Notes: generated by a model not told the origin, from the sequence alone. Counted from the stretch's first letter, positions 1-10,032 are shown. The stretch: DNA of 42,725 bases from an uncultured Desulfobacteraceae bacterium (GCA_964543315.1 CAZIXY010000001.1:1-42725), one strand, 5' to 3'. Program-made: numbers and translations.

Positions 1-939
1 GATCGCCTCGCACTTTCTGAACGTGAGCCTGCCTTCCTTGTCGCATCCCTGTTCAATGGTGAAAATCGCCGGCTGCCTTGGAGGCAATGCCCGAAACTCT
101 TCCTCCCTGTCAAAAAGGATTTTTATCGGCTTCCGTGTCTTCAGGGCAAGCTGAATCGAAATGAATTCATAGATATCCGTATCAAGCTTGGTCCCGAAAC
201 TCCCTCCGACAATGGCATTGACAACCCTGATCTTTTTGCCCCTCAGTCCTATCTGGGAAAAATAATCCGTAATTCTCCCGATGTGTCCAAAAATGACGTT
301 TGTTTGATTGTAAAGGGTCAGGTTATTGTTATTATCGAACTCCGCAACGCACCCGCTCGTTCCCATGCAACACTGGTTTACCCAGGTTGTACTGACATTA
401 TCCTTCGTTATGTAAGCCGAATCCTTGCGGCCCTGCTCTATATCCCCGGCCGCAAATTTCCAAGGCAGTGGAAGTATGTTGCTCTTGACCGGTCTTCCTC
501 TGGCGTCTACCTCATGCACAAGCGGGGCGTCCTCCTTCATAGCCTCGAATGGATCAAACACGGCGGGCAGTTCCTCGTACTCCACCTCAATCAGATCCAC
601 CGCCTCCTCCGCGATCTCCGGAGTAATGGCCGCGACCGCGGCCACTTCGTCTCTGAACTGCCGCACCACATCCTTCTTGAGCACCGTTTGATCCTTGAGG
701 AATCCGACCCTGACGTCCGGGATATCCTGACCGGTCAAAACCGCCCTAACGCCAGCAAGCTTTTCCGCCTTGGAAGTATCAATGCTCTTTATCCTTGCGT
801 GTGCGTATTTGCTGTAAAGTATTTTTCCGTACAGCATCCCGGGGCGTTTTAAGTCATCAATATAGACCGCCTTGCCCGTTACTTTATCCGCTTCTATTGT
901 TCTTGGAACACTCTTTCCCACAAATAGATGATCAGACAT
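1..939 (-). CDS. Molybdopterin-binding large subunit of a xanthine dehydrogenase/aldehyde oxidoreductase-family Mo-hydroxylase (N-terminal 313 codons; the 3' end lies beyond the window)
   Basis: Absent from the ORF track because there is no stop inside the window. Manual minus-strand translation from ATG 939-937 gives MSDHLFVGKSVPRTIEADKVTGKAVYIDDLKRPGMLYGKILYSKYAHARIKSIDTSKAEKLAGVRAVLTGQDIPDVRVGF... The RBS is AGGAGG at 950-945 with a 5-nt spacer. The frame stays open to base 1. The N-terminus is typical of CoxL/XdhB/HcrA-like large subunits. The gene follows the FAD and 2Fe-2S subunit genes in the same operon. Confidence 0.85.
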   Translation of the reverse strand, partial: MSDHLFVGKSVPRTIEADKVTGKAVYIDDLKRPGMLYGKILYSKYAHARIKSIDTSKAEKLAGVRAVLTGQDIPDVRVGFLKDQTVLKKDVVRQFRDEVAAVAAITPEIAEEAVDLIEVEYEELPAVFDPFEAMKEDAPLVHEVDARGRPVKSNILPLPWKFAAGDIEQGRKDSAYITKDNVSTTWVNQCCMGTSGCVAEFDNNNNLTLYNQTNVIFGHIGRITDYFSQIGLRGKKIRVVNAIVGGSFGTKLDTDIYEFISIQLALKTRKPIKILFDREEEFRALPPRQPAIFTIEQGCDKEGRLTFRKCEAI

Positions 940-966
940 CTTATCCTCCTAGGGGTCTTTGCTTCT

Positions 967-1446
967 CTATTTCATCGTTTTGGCCGCCATCTCAATGGCC
1001 TCGACAATCTGAACGTATCCGGTGCAGCGACAAAAATTTCCCGCAATGCTTGTCCTTATGTCATTCTCCGTTACGTCTAAATTCTGATCCAAAAGAGCCT
1101 TTGCCGATAGAATCATCCCGGAGGTGCAATACCCGCACTGGACGCCATTGTTTTCAAGAAAGGCCGTCTGAATCGGGTGCAGCGTGCCGTCCTTCTCCGC
1201 GACTCCCTCAATCGTCGTTACCGACTTGCCTTCGATCTCATAAATGGGGTACAGGCATGAATTTACGGCGTCTCCATCAACGATAACCGTGCATGCGCCG
1301 CATTCACCCACACCACACCCTTTCTTGGCTCCGGTCAATTCAAAATACTCCCTCAATGTTTTTAAAAGTGACCAGGTAATAGGCACTTCGGCTGTTACGG
1401 GATCACCATTCAGGGTAAAAGAAACCGATACCTTTTTCATCTTCAA
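967..1446 (-). CDS. [2Fe-2S]-binding small subunit of the Mo-hydroxylase (CoxS/HcrC-like)
   Basis: 159 aa. It carries both classical cluster motifs: CGVGECGAC (plant-type) and CGYCTSG...CRCTGY. Confidence 0.95.
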   Translation of the reverse strand: MKMKKVSVSFTLNGDPVTAEVPITWSLLKTLREYFELTGAKKGCGVGECGACTVIVDGDAVNSCLYPIYEIEGKSVTTIEGVAEKDGTLHPIQTAFLENNGVQCGYCTSGMILSAKALLDQNLDVTENDIRTSIAGNFCRCTGYVQIVEAIEMAAKTMK

Positions 1447-1543
1447 CTCCTTTTATTGGTTTGATCGAGCAATTTCGAAATTAAAAGATCCGGGGATTTT
1501 TCAAGGGACAAACCCCGGATAAATACTTCCGGCTTGTGCGCCT

Positions 1544-2413
1544 TTAACGGTTCCCAATATTTTCAGCAGCAAGCCTTGCCATGCGAACCACATAGACTTC
1601 TATGATCTCCTTCCGATGCCATGCCAGACCCCGCAGGCTGTCCCTGAGTGAACAGCATTCCGGGGATGCCGAAATTTTGCCCGCCTCCCTTAAGACCTCA
1701 TCGGTTAAGGGCTTTCCTTTTAGGAACTCTTCGGCGTTGTACGCCCTGACCGGCGTTGGTGCGGCAACTGTCAGTGCGATTCTCGCGTCGGAAATCGTGT
1801 CCCCATCCAGGTTGAGAGACACGGCAATCCCCAACAGAGGGAGATTCATCGCCTTTCTTCTTGAGTGTTTCCAATAGGCGCTCCCGAAATGTTCCATTTT
1901 ACCGGGTATTTCAAACTCAACGAGGACCTCGTCTTGTTTCCGGGCAGTTTTATAGGTACCGGTAAAGAATTCGGAGAGGGGTACGCTCCTTCTTCCTTCC
2001 GGACCTTCCAAAATCACCTTGGCATCCAGCACCAGCAGCGGCCCTGCGGTATCCGCCGACGGAGCTGCATTACAGATATTCCCACCTATAGTCGCCACAT
2101 TCCTTATTTGTACCGATCCAATACGGGAGGCGCCTTCCTGCAAGGCGGTCAGTTCCGCTTTGACTAATGGCGACTGCTCCAACATCCTGTGAGTGGTCAG
2201 GGCCCCGATATGATACCCACCGTTTTTCTTAATATATCTGAGTTCCTTTATCCCTACCAGGGAAATCAAAACCTCCGGAGCCTTCTTCGTGTTCCTGATC
2301 TTGACCATCACATCGGTTCCCCCTGCAATCAGAGCCGCCTTTTTTCCATACTTCTTCAAAAGGCTGAATACCTCTTCCAAACTCTCAGGCTTTTCATAAT
2401 CATATTCAATCAT
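1544..2413 (-). CDS. FAD-binding medium subunit of the Mo-hydroxylase (CoxM-like)
   Basis: 289 aa. Contains LIAGGTDVMVKIR and ATIGGNICNAAPSAD, typical of the PCMH-type FAD domain of the xanthine dehydrogenase family. There is no extra Cys-rich insertion. Confidence 0.9.
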   Translation of the reverse strand: MIEYDYEKPESLEEVFSLLKKYGKKAALIAGGTDVMVKIRNTKKAPEVLISLVGIKELRYIKKNGGYHIGALTTHRMLEQSPLVKAELTALQEGASRIGSVQIRNVATIGGNICNAAPSADTAGPLLVLDAKVILEGPEGRRSVPLSEFFTGTYKTARKQDEVLVEFEIPGKMEHFGSAYWKHSRRKAMNLPLLGIAVSLNLDGDTISDARIALTVAAPTPVRAYNAEEFLKGKPLTDEVLREAGKISASPECCSLRDSLRGLAWHRKEIIEVYVVRMARLAAENIGNR

Positions 2414-2487
2414 TTCTAAACCCCCTCATCAGGACAAGCATGTCTGCGTGCTGCGCACAGGTAGGCCGGTAAATCAGCAATCCAAAT

Positions 2488-3780
2488 CTAATCTTCCCTG
2501 TTATCAAAGACCCGCTTGCTCTTTCGTTCCGATCTCGGTAAAGATCCGTAGTCAACCAGTTCAATGGAGCCACTTACCATAATTTGTTTTTTTATTTCTC
2601 CGGCTATTTTCTTTGCCAAATTCTCATCCTGACTGCCGTCAAAGCCCTTTTCACGTTCCACCTTCACCGTCATATAATCCTTGCCGTCGGACTTTCTTTC
2701 CAGGATAATCTGATATTCACTCCCGATCCCTTCGATCCCCGACAAAACATGATCAACCTGTCCCGGATAGATATTGACGGCACGAAAGATGATCATATCA
2801 TCGGAACGGCCCAACAGACGATCATGCCTTGGTAGAATAGATCCGCAGGGACACTGACCGGGAATCAATCGGGTCAGGTCCCTTGTCCGGTAGCGAATCA
2901 GGGGGGCTGCTTCCTTTTTCAAGGTTGTCACCACCATTTCCCCTGTCTCCCCTTCGGGCACGGGCTCGAGTGTCTCCGGATCCAGGATCTCAAGTATATA
3001 ATAATCGGCCCAGTAGTGGATTCCCGTGTGGTGGACACAGTCCAATCCTGTTCCGGGGCCGTAAAGCTCGGTCATTCCCGGGATGTCGAACAAATGTTCG
3101 ATACCCAAAAGCTCTTTAACCTGATCTCTCATGGCATCACTGGACCGCTCTGATCCAAAGATCATTTTCTTGACATGTATCTTATCCCTGATGTCGCGCC
3201 TGTACACCTCTTCGGCCATCAGCAATCCCATAGAGGCGGTACAGCACATAACCGTGGTCTGGAAGTCTCGCAGGAACTGGCACTGCATATCCATATTGCC
3301 GGGACCCGCCGGAATGGCCATGGCGCCAAATTCCTCGCATCCCAGCTGGAAACCGGCACCGGCCGTCCACACACCATACCCAACCGCAATTTGAACCCGG
3401 TCTTCGAGTGTCAAACCGGCCATTTCATAACAGCGCGCAAAAAAATGGGTCCAATCCTGAATATCCTTCTGGGTATAGCAAAGGACCTTCCTCTTTCCTG
3501 TTGTGCCGGACGACGCGTGAATGCGTACGACCTTTTCAAACGGCACGGAAAGAAGCGGGAAAGGATAACCTTCCTGAAGATCCTTGGATGTCGTGAATGG
3601 CAATCTCCCGATATCATCGAGGGATTGGATATCCCCGGGTCCGACGCCCGCGCCGTCCATCTTTTTCTTGTAGAACGGGGATCCGTTATAGGCATGGTTC
3701 AAGGTCCACTTTAGTCCTTCAAGCTGCAGTTCCTTCAACTCATCCTGAGTTGCCACTGTGGGCATGAATGTCTTTTTCAT
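2488..3780 (-). CDS. Phenylacetate-CoA ligase family (PaaK/IaaB-like aryl-acetate CoA ligase)
   Basis: The ORF spans 2488-3861. The likely start is ATG 3780 (MKKTFMPTVATQDELKELQLEGLKW...), preceded by GGGGTGA. It has the SSGTTGK P-loop and a PaaK-like N-terminus and length (~430 aa). Confidence 0.9.
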   Translation of the reverse strand: MKKTFMPTVATQDELKELQLEGLKWTLNHAYNGSPFYKKKMDGAGVGPGDIQSLDDIGRLPFTTSKDLQEGYPFPLLSVPFEKVVRIHASSGTTGKRKVLCYTQKDIQDWTHFFARCYEMAGLTLEDRVQIAVGYGVWTAGAGFQLGCEEFGAMAIPAGPGNMDMQCQFLRDFQTTVMCCTASMGLLMAEEVYRRDIRDKIHVKKMIFGSERSSDAMRDQVKELLGIEHLFDIPGMTELYGPGTGLDCVHHTGIHYWADYYILEILDPETLEPVPEGETGEMVVTTLKKEAAPLIRYRTRDLTRLIPGQCPCGSILPRHDRLLGRSDDMIIFRAVNIYPGQVDHVLSGIEGIGSEYQIILERKSDGKDYMTVKVEREKGFDGSQDENLAKKIAGEIKKQIMVSGSIELVDYGSLPRSERKSKRVFDNRED

Positions 3781-3877
3781 TGATTCTTTCACCCCTATGC
3801 CAAAAGCAGACAAAATGTCATTTTCCTTTCTTTTATTGTTTTCGCGTGCGTCAGGACGCATGCGTAGAATGATCTAT

Positions 3878-5182
3878 TTAATGTGCCATATTTGGTATAA
3901 TCAATACTATTTGAGGAAAAATAATTAATAGTATAATACAGACAATACAGGCCGCCAGAAAAAAACTGACGCTCTTGAAAATTGTTCCGAGCTCCACTTC
4001 CGGCGCCAATGCCTTGACAACATAAATATTAACACCCACCGGTGGCGTAATGGCGCCCATTGTCGTCACCATTGTCAGGATTATGGAGTACCATATTGGG
4101 TCAAAACCAAGGGCCATTCCCAGTGGAAAAAAAATAGGAACCGTCAGAACCAGAAATCCCAACGAATCTACAAAACAGCCACCAATCAGGTAGATCACTA
4201 GCACAAACGCCAGAATGACATATGGAGATACCGGCAGGCCGGATGCAAATTCTGCAATCATAAAAGGGAGCCTGGTTACCGCCAAGAAACGGCCGAAAAT
4301 AATGGCACCCGTCACAAGGAAAAAGACCATCGCGGATATCTTCAGTGTTTCAATCACGGAATTGGCAAAGCCTTTCCATGTGATCCTGCGCTGTGCAACG
4401 GTCACAACAAGTGTAAAAAAAACACCTACCGCCCCGGCTTCCGTAGGGGTGAATATGCCTAAATACAGACCCCCGATAATCAGAATAAATATAATGACTG
4501 CTTCAACGACCCCTGTAAGTGATTTTATCTTATCCTTTAAATGTGACCTTGGGCCTTCCGGGCCATATTTCGGATTGATTCGACAGAGGACAAAGATGGT
4601 GAGCACAAAAAGACTCCCCAGGATAATAGCGGGCAGAATACCGCCGAGGAAGAGTTTGATAATGGATTGCTCTGTTTGCAGACCTATAACAATGAGGACC
4701 ACACTGGGAGGCATAACCGTCCCCAGGGTGCCTCCTGTGACGATGGTGCCGCTGCTCAACATGTCGTCATAATCATACTTTTGCATCTGTGGAAGAGCCA
4801 CTTTCCCCATGGTAGCAGCGGTGGCCGTATTGGAGCCGCAGATTGCAGCAAAAAGCTCATCAGCGCCTATTGTGGCTATAGCCAGCCCTCCGCGCCAATG
4901 ACCAAACCACTTATAGGCCGTATTATAAAGTCTGTCAGCGATACCCGAGTTGAATGCGAGATATCCCAGAAATATGAAAAGTGGTACAACCGTGAGGCCG
5001 TAACTGGAAAACGTGGACCAGATATCGTTTCCCACCATGTTAACAGCTGCCTGGAAAGAGACCACATACCAGAATCCGCAGAAACCCACAATGCCCATAG
5101 CAAAACCAACAGGCATGCCCAAAAAAAATAGAACCGCAAGGAGGATAATGATCCCGATAATGCCGGTCAGAGTTAAACTCAC
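3878..5182 (-). CDS. TRAP transporter large permease (DctM family)
   Basis: 434 aa, highly hydrophobic multi-span protein. It overlaps the upstream small-permease gene by 4 nt. Confidence 0.9.
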   Translation of the reverse strand: MSLTLTGIIGIIILLAVLFFLGMPVGFAMGIVGFCGFWYVVSFQAAVNMVGNDIWSTFSSYGLTVVPLFIFLGYLAFNSGIADRLYNTAYKWFGHWRGGLAIATIGADELFAAICGSNTATAATMGKVALPQMQKYDYDDMLSSGTIVTGGTLGTVMPPSVVLIVIGLQTEQSIIKLFLGGILPAIILGSLFVLTIFVLCRINPKYGPEGPRSHLKDKIKSLTGVVEAVIIFILIIGGLYLGIFTPTEAGAVGVFFTLVVTVAQRRITWKGFANSVIETLKISAMVFFLVTGAIIFGRFLAVTRLPFMIAEFASGLPVSPYVILAFVLVIYLIGGCFVDSLGFLVLTVPIFFPLGMALGFDPIWYSIILTMVTTMGAITPPVGVNIYVVKALAPEVELGTIFKSVSFFLAACIVCIILLIIFPQIVLIIPNMAH

Positions 5183-5670
5183 CTTTCCTCCTCCCCTGTT
5201 TTAAATATGGTCTCCAAAAATTGTGTTAAAAAAACCAGGGAGAGCGCAGCGCACCCCAAGGCGGCCCCGTAAGTAAAAGGGTAGTAAATGATTAGAAGGG
5301 TCTCGGTAACCTGTCCTGTCTCCCGAAGGATGTTTGCATATTTGGCTATTTGCACTGCCGCCACGCAGAAAAAGATCATACAGATTATGCTGTTTATACT
5401 ATGAAGAATCCTTTGGATTTTCTTTGAGAACCCCAGTACTAGAATATCAACAGAGATATGCCCCTTCCTGATTTGGGTGTACCCCAGAGCAAAAGCAGTT
5501 ACAATAGCTCCAAAGTAGCCCATCAGTTCATAAGTTCCTCTGATCGGTCCCCATATTAGTCGAAGAAAAATATTCGCGCACGTCAATACGATCATTGCCG
5601 ATAAAAAAACTCCGGCTATCCACATCAGAATCTGATTGACTACCCTGCAAAAATTTTCAAGGAACGCCAT
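5179..5670 (-). CDS. TRAP transporter small permease (DctQ family)
   Basis: 163 aa, four predicted TM helices. It sits between the DctP-like and DctM-like genes. Confidence 0.85.
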   Translation of the reverse strand: MAFLENFCRVVNQILMWIAGVFLSAMIVLTCANIFLRLIWGPIRGTYELMGYFGAIVTAFALGYTQIRKGHISVDILVLGFSKKIQRILHSINSIICMIFFCVAAVQIAKYANILRETGQVTETLLIIYYPFTYGAALGCAALSLVFLTQFLETIFKTGEEER

Positions 5671-5775
5671 CCCCTACTCCAATCCTTATCAAAACATAAA
5701 AGCTAGACCTGCATAACTCATGACCATTTTAATCCGTAATAAGCATCCGCTTATAAACCAGGGTTAAATATTTTT

Positions 5776-5821
5776 AGGTGGCTGCACAAAAAGGCGTATA
5801 ACCTCTTTAGTGCAACCACCT
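5776..5821 (-). other. Intercistronic stem-loop between the TRAP binding-protein and permease genes
   Basis: AGGTGGCTGCAC (5776-5787) pairs with GTGCAACCACCT (5810-5821), 11 of 12 positions. It lies immediately 3' of the dctP-like stop on the minus strand. It could be a partial terminator or an mRNA stabiliser that raises the binding protein to permease ratio. Confidence 0.4.
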
Positions 5822-5826
5822 TTTTT

Positions 5827-6852
5827 TTACTGACCGGAATACATTTTTGTAAATCCGACAATATCATCAACAATGGCTTTAGCCGGAAAGCCTTTGGCTT
5901 TAGCATCCGCAATCCACTTTCCCGTAATGGGCTTGAGCAAATTATCCCATTTATCTTTTTCCGTTTTTGAAAGTTGGATCACTTCAACGTTATGGGTTTT
6001 TTTCGACCACGCCATGGATTCATTTACATGATTATCCATATAGACACCCGTCCATGCCGACTGCTGGGGACCCAGCTCTTCCAATACCTTTTTGACATCC
6101 TGTGGCAGGCTGTTCCATTTTTTCATATTCATGACAACAGCAAAGGGGATAACACCAACGTTGATCATTGTCACATAACGGCATAACTCGGCAAATTTGA
6201 AATCCTTCATGACTTCCAAGGATGAGATCAGTCCTTTGACGGTTCCTTTTTGAAGTGCTTCCGGTGTTTGGGGCATCGGCATTCCTACAGGATTACCACC
6301 CAGGGTCTTGAGCACCACACCGGCACTTCCGGGAGCTCTAAGATCTAATCCTTTTAGGTCGGCAAGGTTCCTTACCGGAACTTTGCTCATAATATTAAAA
6401 GGTGCCGTGGTGAACATCGTAAGGACCTTTACTTTTTCAAACGCTTTCGGTTGGTACTTTTTATAAAGATCCCATAAGACAAGGCTTGAAACCGTTGCAC
6501 TTGGGGGATTAAGCGGCAGGGCAGTGGCGTTTGTCACAACAAACCTGCCCGGCTGGTATGCCATGCACAGGCAACCTATATCAGCGGTGCCTGCAATCAC
6601 TCCATCCATCATAGCCTTAGCCTTAAGCAGGGTCCCTCCCGGGAATGTCTTAATGGCGACCTTTCCATTGGTACGTTTTTCGACCTCCTTTTTCCACCTC
6701 TCCATCTGGACACATGGGAAAGTTGGAGCAGGTGGGAAGTTGGCATAATTCAGTTTGATCGGCGCCGCCGCGGCCGGCGCGGACATCCAGGTTATTGCAA
6801 AAACCATTGCTAAAAAAACTCCTGCCAGTATAAATCCTATTTTTCGTCTCAT
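5827..6852 (-). CDS. TRAP transporter periplasmic substrate-binding protein (DctP family)
   Basis: 341 aa. N-terminal signal peptide (ILAGVFLAMVFAITWMSAPAAAA). DctP-like sequence and operon context. Confidence 0.9.
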   Translation of the reverse strand: MRRKIGFILAGVFLAMVFAITWMSAPAAAAPIKLNYANFPPAPTFPCVQMERWKKEVEKRTNGKVAIKTFPGGTLLKAKAMMDGVIAGTADIGCLCMAYQPGRFVVTNATALPLNPPSATVSSLVLWDLYKKYQPKAFEKVKVLTMFTTAPFNIMSKVPVRNLADLKGLDLRAPGSAGVVLKTLGGNPVGMPMPQTPEALQKGTVKGLISSLEVMKDFKFAELCRYVTMINVGVIPFAVVMNMKKWNSLPQDVKKVLEELGPQQSAWTGVYMDNHVNESMAWSKKTHNVEVIQLSKTEKDKWDNLLKPITGKWIADAKAKGFPAKAIVDDIVGFTKMYSGQ

Positions 6853-6976
6853 GTCTCAGACCTCCTTATTGATGGAAAACCCGTTAACTTCATCGTCACG
6901 ATAAATTCTCCTTTCACCCCCTTTCTCTCACATTCAAAATCTTAAAGATTTACTGTTTGCTAAATCCGCTCCTCAT

Positions 6977-8605
6977 TTAAAAGATACTCGGCTCCGCATA
7001 TTCTCCGTAGACATCCCTGAAAACATCTGCCATTTCCCCAACAGTTGCATAGCACTTACAGCACTCAACCAAACAGGGCATAACATTCTTCTTTTCCCCG
7101 GCCGTTTTTTCAAGTGCCTTAAGGGATTCCTTAACGGCCTTATTGTCCCTGTCCCTTTTCAGCTCCTTGAGCCGGTCGATCTGCAATCGCTCCCATTCCT
7201 CGTTGTGCTCGTGGAGTTCCACCTCCATGTCGACACCTTCCGTAAATTTGTTCACGCCGACCTTTGTAACCTTTCCCTCCTGGATGTTTTTCTCAAACTC
7301 GTATGCCTGTTTCGCCACTTCTCTCTGCACATACCCCGAGGAAACAGCCTCGACCATACCGCCGGCTTTTTCCACTTTTGCCATCTCTTCCAGTATCTTT
7401 TCTTCCATTTCCTTTGTCAGGGTTTCAATGAAATAAGAGCCCGCAAGGGGATCCACGGTGTCCCTGAGCCCGATTTCATCCATAAGTATTTGAAAGGTTC
7501 GCAGGGATAACAGGGCGGCCCTTTCCGTGGGGATAGTATAGGCCTCGTCAAAGGAACAGAGTGCCGTGGTCTGTGCTCCGGATAGTGCCGCTCCAAGCGC
7601 GTAGTAGGCACCTCGCATGATATTATTTTCCGGCTGCTGCTTGGTCATCCCCGAGCCCCCTCCTCCGAAAATTCCGCGGAGAAAAAGGGCCTTTTTGTTC
7701 TGGACATCATATCTTTCCCTGAGTAACCTTGCCCACAGTTTGCGGGCGGCACGAAACTTTGCCACGGTCTCCCACAGGTTGCCGTAAATATTCAGGTTGA
7801 AAGAAAATCTTCCCACAAAGTCCTCAGCCTTGAACCCCCTGGCCACAACATTGTCAATATATGCGAAGGCGATCATCAATGCGTAGGAAATTTCCTGGGC
7901 CGGTGAACACCCCGATTCCCTGATGTGGTATCCCGCCACCGAAACCGGATTGCACCTCGGCAACTCCTTCATGGAGTACTCTATGGTATCGCCAATGAGT
8001 CGTACAGCCGGCTCAACGGGATAGATCCAGGCGCCTCGTCCGACGATTTCCTTAAGTATATCGTTCTGCGGTGTTGCTGAAATCTCTTCCTTCTTGTATC
8101 CGAATTTTTCAGCCACAGCCTGATACATGGCCAGCATAACGGAGGCAACGGCGTTGATGGTCAGTCCCGTCCCGATACGGTTGAGCTGGATATCCTTGAA
8201 CGCCATTTCAAAATCCTTGAGCGAATCGATTGCCATGCCCACGCGACCCACCTCGCCTTCGGCCATGGGATTATCAGAGTCATAACCCATCTGCGTGGGC
8301 AGGTCGAATGCCACGTTAAGCCCGGTCTGCCCGTGAGAAATCATGAGTTTGAACCGTTCGTTTGTCTCCTCGGGTGTGCCGAAACCCGTGTACTGGCGGG
8401 TGGTCCAGTTTCGACTTCTGAATCCAAGAGGGTGAATGGCGCGGGTAAAGGGAAATTCACCGGGATCCGCGAGATCCTTTTCATAATCAAAACCCACCCT
8501 TTCAAGGTCCTCCGGGGTATAAACCGGCTTAACCTTTATGCCCGACTGGAGGATGACTTCTTTAATGGCATCCTTTTCATCTTTTATGTAAGTTGCGACT
8601 CCCAT
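6977..8605 (-). CDS. Acyl-CoA mutase large (substrate-binding) subunit, methylmalonyl-CoA mutase family
   Basis: The ORF spans 6977-8698. The likely start is ATG 8605 (MGVATYIKDEK...), 16 nt after the stop of the B12-binding subunit gene. Conserved MCM-family blocks are present: RNWTTRQYTGFGT, GLNVAFDLPTQMGYDSDNP, NDILKE. Confidence 0.9.
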   Translation of the reverse strand: MGVATYIKDEKDAIKEVILQSGIKVKPVYTPEDLERVGFDYEKDLADPGEFPFTRAIHPLGFRSRNWTTRQYTGFGTPEETNERFKLMISHGQTGLNVAFDLPTQMGYDSDNPMAEGEVGRVGMAIDSLKDFEMAFKDIQLNRIGTGLTINAVASVMLAMYQAVAEKFGYKKEEISATPQNDILKEIVGRGAWIYPVEPAVRLIGDTIEYSMKELPRCNPVSVAGYHIRESGCSPAQEISYALMIAFAYIDNVVARGFKAEDFVGRFSFNLNIYGNLWETVAKFRAARKLWARLLRERYDVQNKKALFLRGIFGGGGSGMTKQQPENNIMRGAYYALGAALSGAQTTALCSFDEAYTIPTERAALLSLRTFQILMDEIGLRDTVDPLAGSYFIETLTKEMEEKILEEMAKVEKAGGMVEAVSSGYVQREVAKQAYEFEKNIQEGKVTKVGVNKFTEGVDMEVELHEHNEEWERLQIDRLKELKRDRDNKAVKESLKALEKTAGEKKNVMPCLVECCKCYATVGEMADVFRDVYGEYAEPSIF

Positions 8606-8621
8606 AAGTACCTCGAATGTT

Positions 8622-9020
8622 TTAATTTGATGCGTTTTCTTTAATAAAGTCCACAATATCCTGGAAATAACTGCCGCCGGGAAAGATCCCGCTGACACCT
8701 ATATCCTTGAGAGTGAGAACATCTTTATTCGGGATCACGCCTCCCACAACGACCAGTTTATTCCCTATGTCCTGCTCCTTGACAATTTTCATGAGTTTTT
8801 TGCAGATTGGAATATGGGCACCGGACATAATGGAAAGACCAATAACATCAACATCTTCTTGTATGGCCTGGTTAACTATGCCGGGAACTGTTTGATGAAG
8901 CCCGGTGTAAATGACTTCCATTCCAGCCTCCCTCATCGCATGCGCAACAACTTTGGCTCCCCTGTCGTGGCCGTCCAGCCCCGGTTTGGCCAGAAGCACC
9001 CTTATTTTTCTTTCTCCCAT
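8622..9020 (-). CDS. Acyl-CoA mutase small subunit, cobalamin-binding domain
   Basis: 132 aa. It carries the DxHxxG base-off/His-on motif (GLDGHDRGAKV) and a B12-binding Rossmann-like fold. Confidence 0.92.
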   Translation of the reverse strand: MGERKIRVLLAKPGLDGHDRGAKVVAHAMREAGMEVIYTGLHQTVPGIVNQAIQEDVDVIGLSIMSGAHIPICKKLMKIVKEQDIGNKLVVVGGVIPNKDVLTLKDIGVSGIFPGGSYFQDIVDFIKENASN

Positions 9021-9145
9021 TTATTTTCACTCCCGTAAATATATATACAGCCTTCACGTAAACATTATCGCAGTCAATGGCAGCGCTTCCTTTCCATGAT
9101 GCGCGGTCTGAGTCATCGTAAAATGTGCATCAAAGATAATAGTCC

Positions 9146-9862
9146 CTATTTCATGTCTTGTATATCAAATTCCTTTAGGACAACCTCCTGCCCCCTCAGG
9201 ATATGCTCCTTGACCAGGCTTTCCACCCTGTCGGAGTCTCTTTTTCTGATGTACTTGAGCATCAGTCTGTGATCACGGTTACTCGTCCTGGCCATGCTCT
9301 CCACCTCCAGGATGACCTGCCTGAAACGATAGATCTGGTCTTTCAGGTCATTGATTATTTTAATCAACCTGGGACTCTGGCTCAGGGCATAGAGAAGATC
9401 GTGAAATTCCGTATTGACCCGCAACAGGGTTTTTTTATCCCCCCTATCGAGATATTTTTGGTATTCGGCGATCTTTTCATCTAAAGGTGCGAGATCTTCC
9501 TCCCGGTGCTTGATGGCCGCGAGTCTGGCCGCATAACTCTCCAAAACGCTGCGAATGCCGAAGGTTTCCTCGATGTCAGCCTTTGTTAACCCGGCCACGA
9601 AGAAACCTCCTGCAGGATTTTTGCGGAGCAGGCTTTCCCGCTCCAGCTTGTGAATCGCTTCCCTTACAGGGGTCCGGCTGATTCCCAAGGCATCTGCCAC
9701 ACGAATTTCCACCAAACGACTTTCAGGGGCAAGATCACCTCTGACAATAGCCCTCTTGAGGCTCTCATAGACATTCTGGCCAAGCGACCTTCTCTCGGGT
9801 AACGCCTTTAATGTCTTGAAATAGGAATTTTCTATTTGTTGATTTCCTCTCACTCCGGCCAT
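9146..9862 (-). CDS. GntR-family transcriptional regulator (FadR/FCD-type C-terminal domain)
   Basis: 238 aa. N-terminal winged helix (VYESLKRAIVRGDLAPESRLVEIRVADALGISRTPVREAIHKLE) followed by an all-helical C-terminal domain. Confidence 0.9.
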   Translation of the reverse strand: MAGVRGNQQIENSYFKTLKALPERRSLGQNVYESLKRAIVRGDLAPESRLVEIRVADALGISRTPVREAIHKLERESLLRKNPAGGFFVAGLTKADIEETFGIRSVLESYAARLAAIKHREEDLAPLDEKIAEYQKYLDRGDKKTLLRVNTEFHDLLYALSQSPRLIKIINDLKDQIYRFRQVILEVESMARTSNRDHRLMLKYIRKRDSDRVESLVKEHILRGQEVVLKEFDIQDMK

Positions 9863-10032
9863 ATCGTCTTAAAACATCCGCTCCTGAAAAACGGGAATCC
9901 CTGGTACAAAATAATTGATTTTATCGGAGGTTGTTTCCTGTCTTGGGGTTCAGGTTTCCATCTGTGGTACCCGGAACCTGCTTTGTCAAAAAAAATGACC
10001 TCCATTCTGTTAACTCCAATTCGGAATGCTCA

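Noticed and set aside
283-852. Long plus-strand ORFs (283-852, 425-691, 795-1286) at the left edge.
   Set aside because: They are antisense shadows of the Mo-hydroxylase large-subunit and 2Fe-2S genes. Their translations are low-complexity (Ser/Pro/Arg-rich) with no RBS. The minus frame gives a clean family-typical protein. The same reasoning applies to other long antisense ORFs, for example 4215-4772, 16774-17403, 19790-20404, 22395-22889, 37587-38255, 39400-40005 and 40908-41744.
9021-9145. Looked for a cobalamin riboswitch or other leader upstream of the B12-dependent mutase genes.
   Set aside because: No B12-box-like sequence or extended conserved structure is recognisable. The gap is short and AT-rich, and only a weak promoter-like TGTATATA element was seen.
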